Positions 62,560-64,000 of a DNA stretch of 64,000 nucleotides are shown here, one piece after another. Made by a program: the position numbers and the translations under genes. The notes beneath the pieces were generated by a model. It had not been told where the DNA came from and searched no databases. It was given only the letters and a program-made list of their open reading frames with translations. The DNA lies in assembly GCA_030141605.1 (NCBI GenBank), contig JAQGDQ010000131.1:372001-436000 (forward strand), written 5' to 3'. The stretch comes from Tubiluchus corallicola (taxonomy: Eukaryota > Animalia > Priapulida). Position 1 is the first letter of the stretch. Each line of letters starts with the position of its first letter.

Positions 62560-62850
62560 TCGAATCGCTAACAGCTTCCAAAGCTTTGCGATTTGATGCA
62601 GGGAATGTTGCAGATCCATGGGAAAAGAGGAAAGCTCGCTTTGAAACCTACCTAATTGCAAATGGTATCAGTGAAAAGTCAAAAGCTCAGAAATGTGACG
62701 TATTGTTCCATGTGATAGGTGATACAGCACAGAAATTTACAAAATGTTTGCGTTCGAAGAAAAATAAACTACTTGGGTGTGTTACTACAAAAATATGATA
62801 TTTATTCTGAACCAATTAAAAATGAGACTGTAGAGTGGTATAAAATTTTA
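62560..62850 (+). mobile_element. Ty3/Gypsy gag N-terminal remnant
   Basis: ALRFDAGNVADPWEKRKARFETYLIANGISEKSKAQKCDVLFHVIGDTAQ, then (frameshifted) YSEPIKNETVEWYK, the typical invertebrate Gypsy gag pattern. Confidence 0.75.
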
Positions 62851-62889
62851 AGGAGTTAACGATTCTCCACACAATCTAAATTTAGTTTT

Positions 62890-63577
62890 CAGGTTGACAG
62901 TTTGTAAATAGAAGAGGCAACTAAGAATGAGAGGGAGAGGGTGAGAGAAAGAGAAGGGAGAGAGTGATTTTTAGACAAAAAGAAGAGAGAAAGGACCAGC
63001 AGAAAAGGAGCTTGTTGGTACACAGGTTGATAGGCTGACAGCCTGCAATAAAGAAGGCAGCTGAGAAAAACTGGGAGGTGAGAGAAAAAGGAGAAGGGAG
63101 AGACTGATAGACAAAAAGAAGAGAAATGGTGAGTAGAAAATAATTTTGGTAGACAGATCAACAGGTTGACAGTTTGCAAATTGAGAAGGCAACTGAAAAG
63201 GAGAAGGAAAGCATGAGAGAAAGAGGAGAAAGGAAAGAGTAACTGTCAGACAAAAAGTAGAGACAAAGGGTGAACAGAAAAAGAGCTTGGTAGACAAGTT
63301 GACAGGTTCACTGTTTGCAAATAGAAAAGGCAAATGAGATGGAGAGGATGAGAGAAAGAGGGGAAGAGAGAGCCTGATGGACAAAAAGGTGAACAGAAAA
63401 ATACCTTAGCAGACAGGTCGAAAGAGAAGGCAACTGAGGAGAGGCACTGGGTGAGAGAAAGAGAAGGGGGAGAGAGACTGACAGACAAAATGGAGAGAGA
63501 AATGGGTGAACAAAAAAGAGTTTGATTCACAGGTCGACAGGTGGATAGTTTGCAAACAGAGAAGGAACTGAGAGAAG
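62890..63577 (+). repeat. Degenerate purine-rich tandem repeat, ~130-140 bp unit, about 5 copies
   Basis: Recurring caggttgacagtttg(c/t)aaa(t/c)agagaaggcaactga...agacaaaaa...gaacagaaaa motif near 62890, 63030, 63162, 63303 and 63537. Confidence 0.8.
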
Positions 63578-64000
63578 ATGTATTCTATGCATTTTTAATG
63601 TCATGCCATTCATACAATCTACTCATGCATCAATAATCGATTATATCTCAGACGGTAATAGATTTTTCGAAAAACAACTCTCTCTTGAGCATTCCTAAGG
63701 GTATGACGATCCCTATTGGGCATTGCTAGGTATGACATGCATTTCAAGATTTAGTACATAACCCTATGTACTACGCCCTTACATATGCACAAGCGTTCGG
63801 CTCCAATACATCAGATGCACATCGCATAGGATTCTAAATACAGCAATACTTCCAAACTTGAAAGCTTTTAATTTCTGATGGAATTTTCATGCTTATGTAA
63901 GATGTAGGTTTTGTGTTTGCATTTTTGTTTACTAATATGTGTTTTTCAAAGTTAAAATAACTGAACTCGCTTGACGTTTTCAAACTTATAAATCTGCTTA

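Noticed and set aside
62889-63530. Hydrophobic Leu/Ser/Phe-rich minus-strand ORFs
   Set aside because: Translations of the pyrimidine strand of a degenerate tandem repeat.

Overview
AT-rich genomic DNA from a eukaryote, most likely an invertebrate animal. Most ORFs in the supplied track are spurious or are single exons. I reconstructed two complete multi-exon genes by hand, both on the minus strand with GT-AG introns and consistent phases. (1) An acetyl-CoA hydrolase/transferase of CoA-transferase family I, resembling acetate:succinate CoA-transferase (ASCT) and 4-hydroxybutyrate CoA-transferase (9 exons, 56170->47655, 473 aa). (2) TAF1B/Rrn7, the RNA polymerase I SL1 subunit (15 coding exons, 41719->27114, 948 aa), lengthened by a Ser/Asp-rich exon and a 77-aa tandem repeat in its last exon. 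The rest is mostly decayed transposable elements: a Helentron-type Helitron (PIF1 helicase plus apurinic endonuclease) next to the ASCT start, a Tigger element with a nested non-LTR fragment in ASCT intron 8, pogo, Tc3-like, Gypsy gag, RTE and CR1/L2 fragments, Kolobok-, piggyBac- and hAT-like MITEs, and LINE-type 3' ends with a covarying hairpin. There are also micro- and minisatellites and an orphan PAN/Apple-domain segment. I see no CRISPR array, rRNA or tRNA, and no clear new multi-gene system. The best leads are listed as findings.
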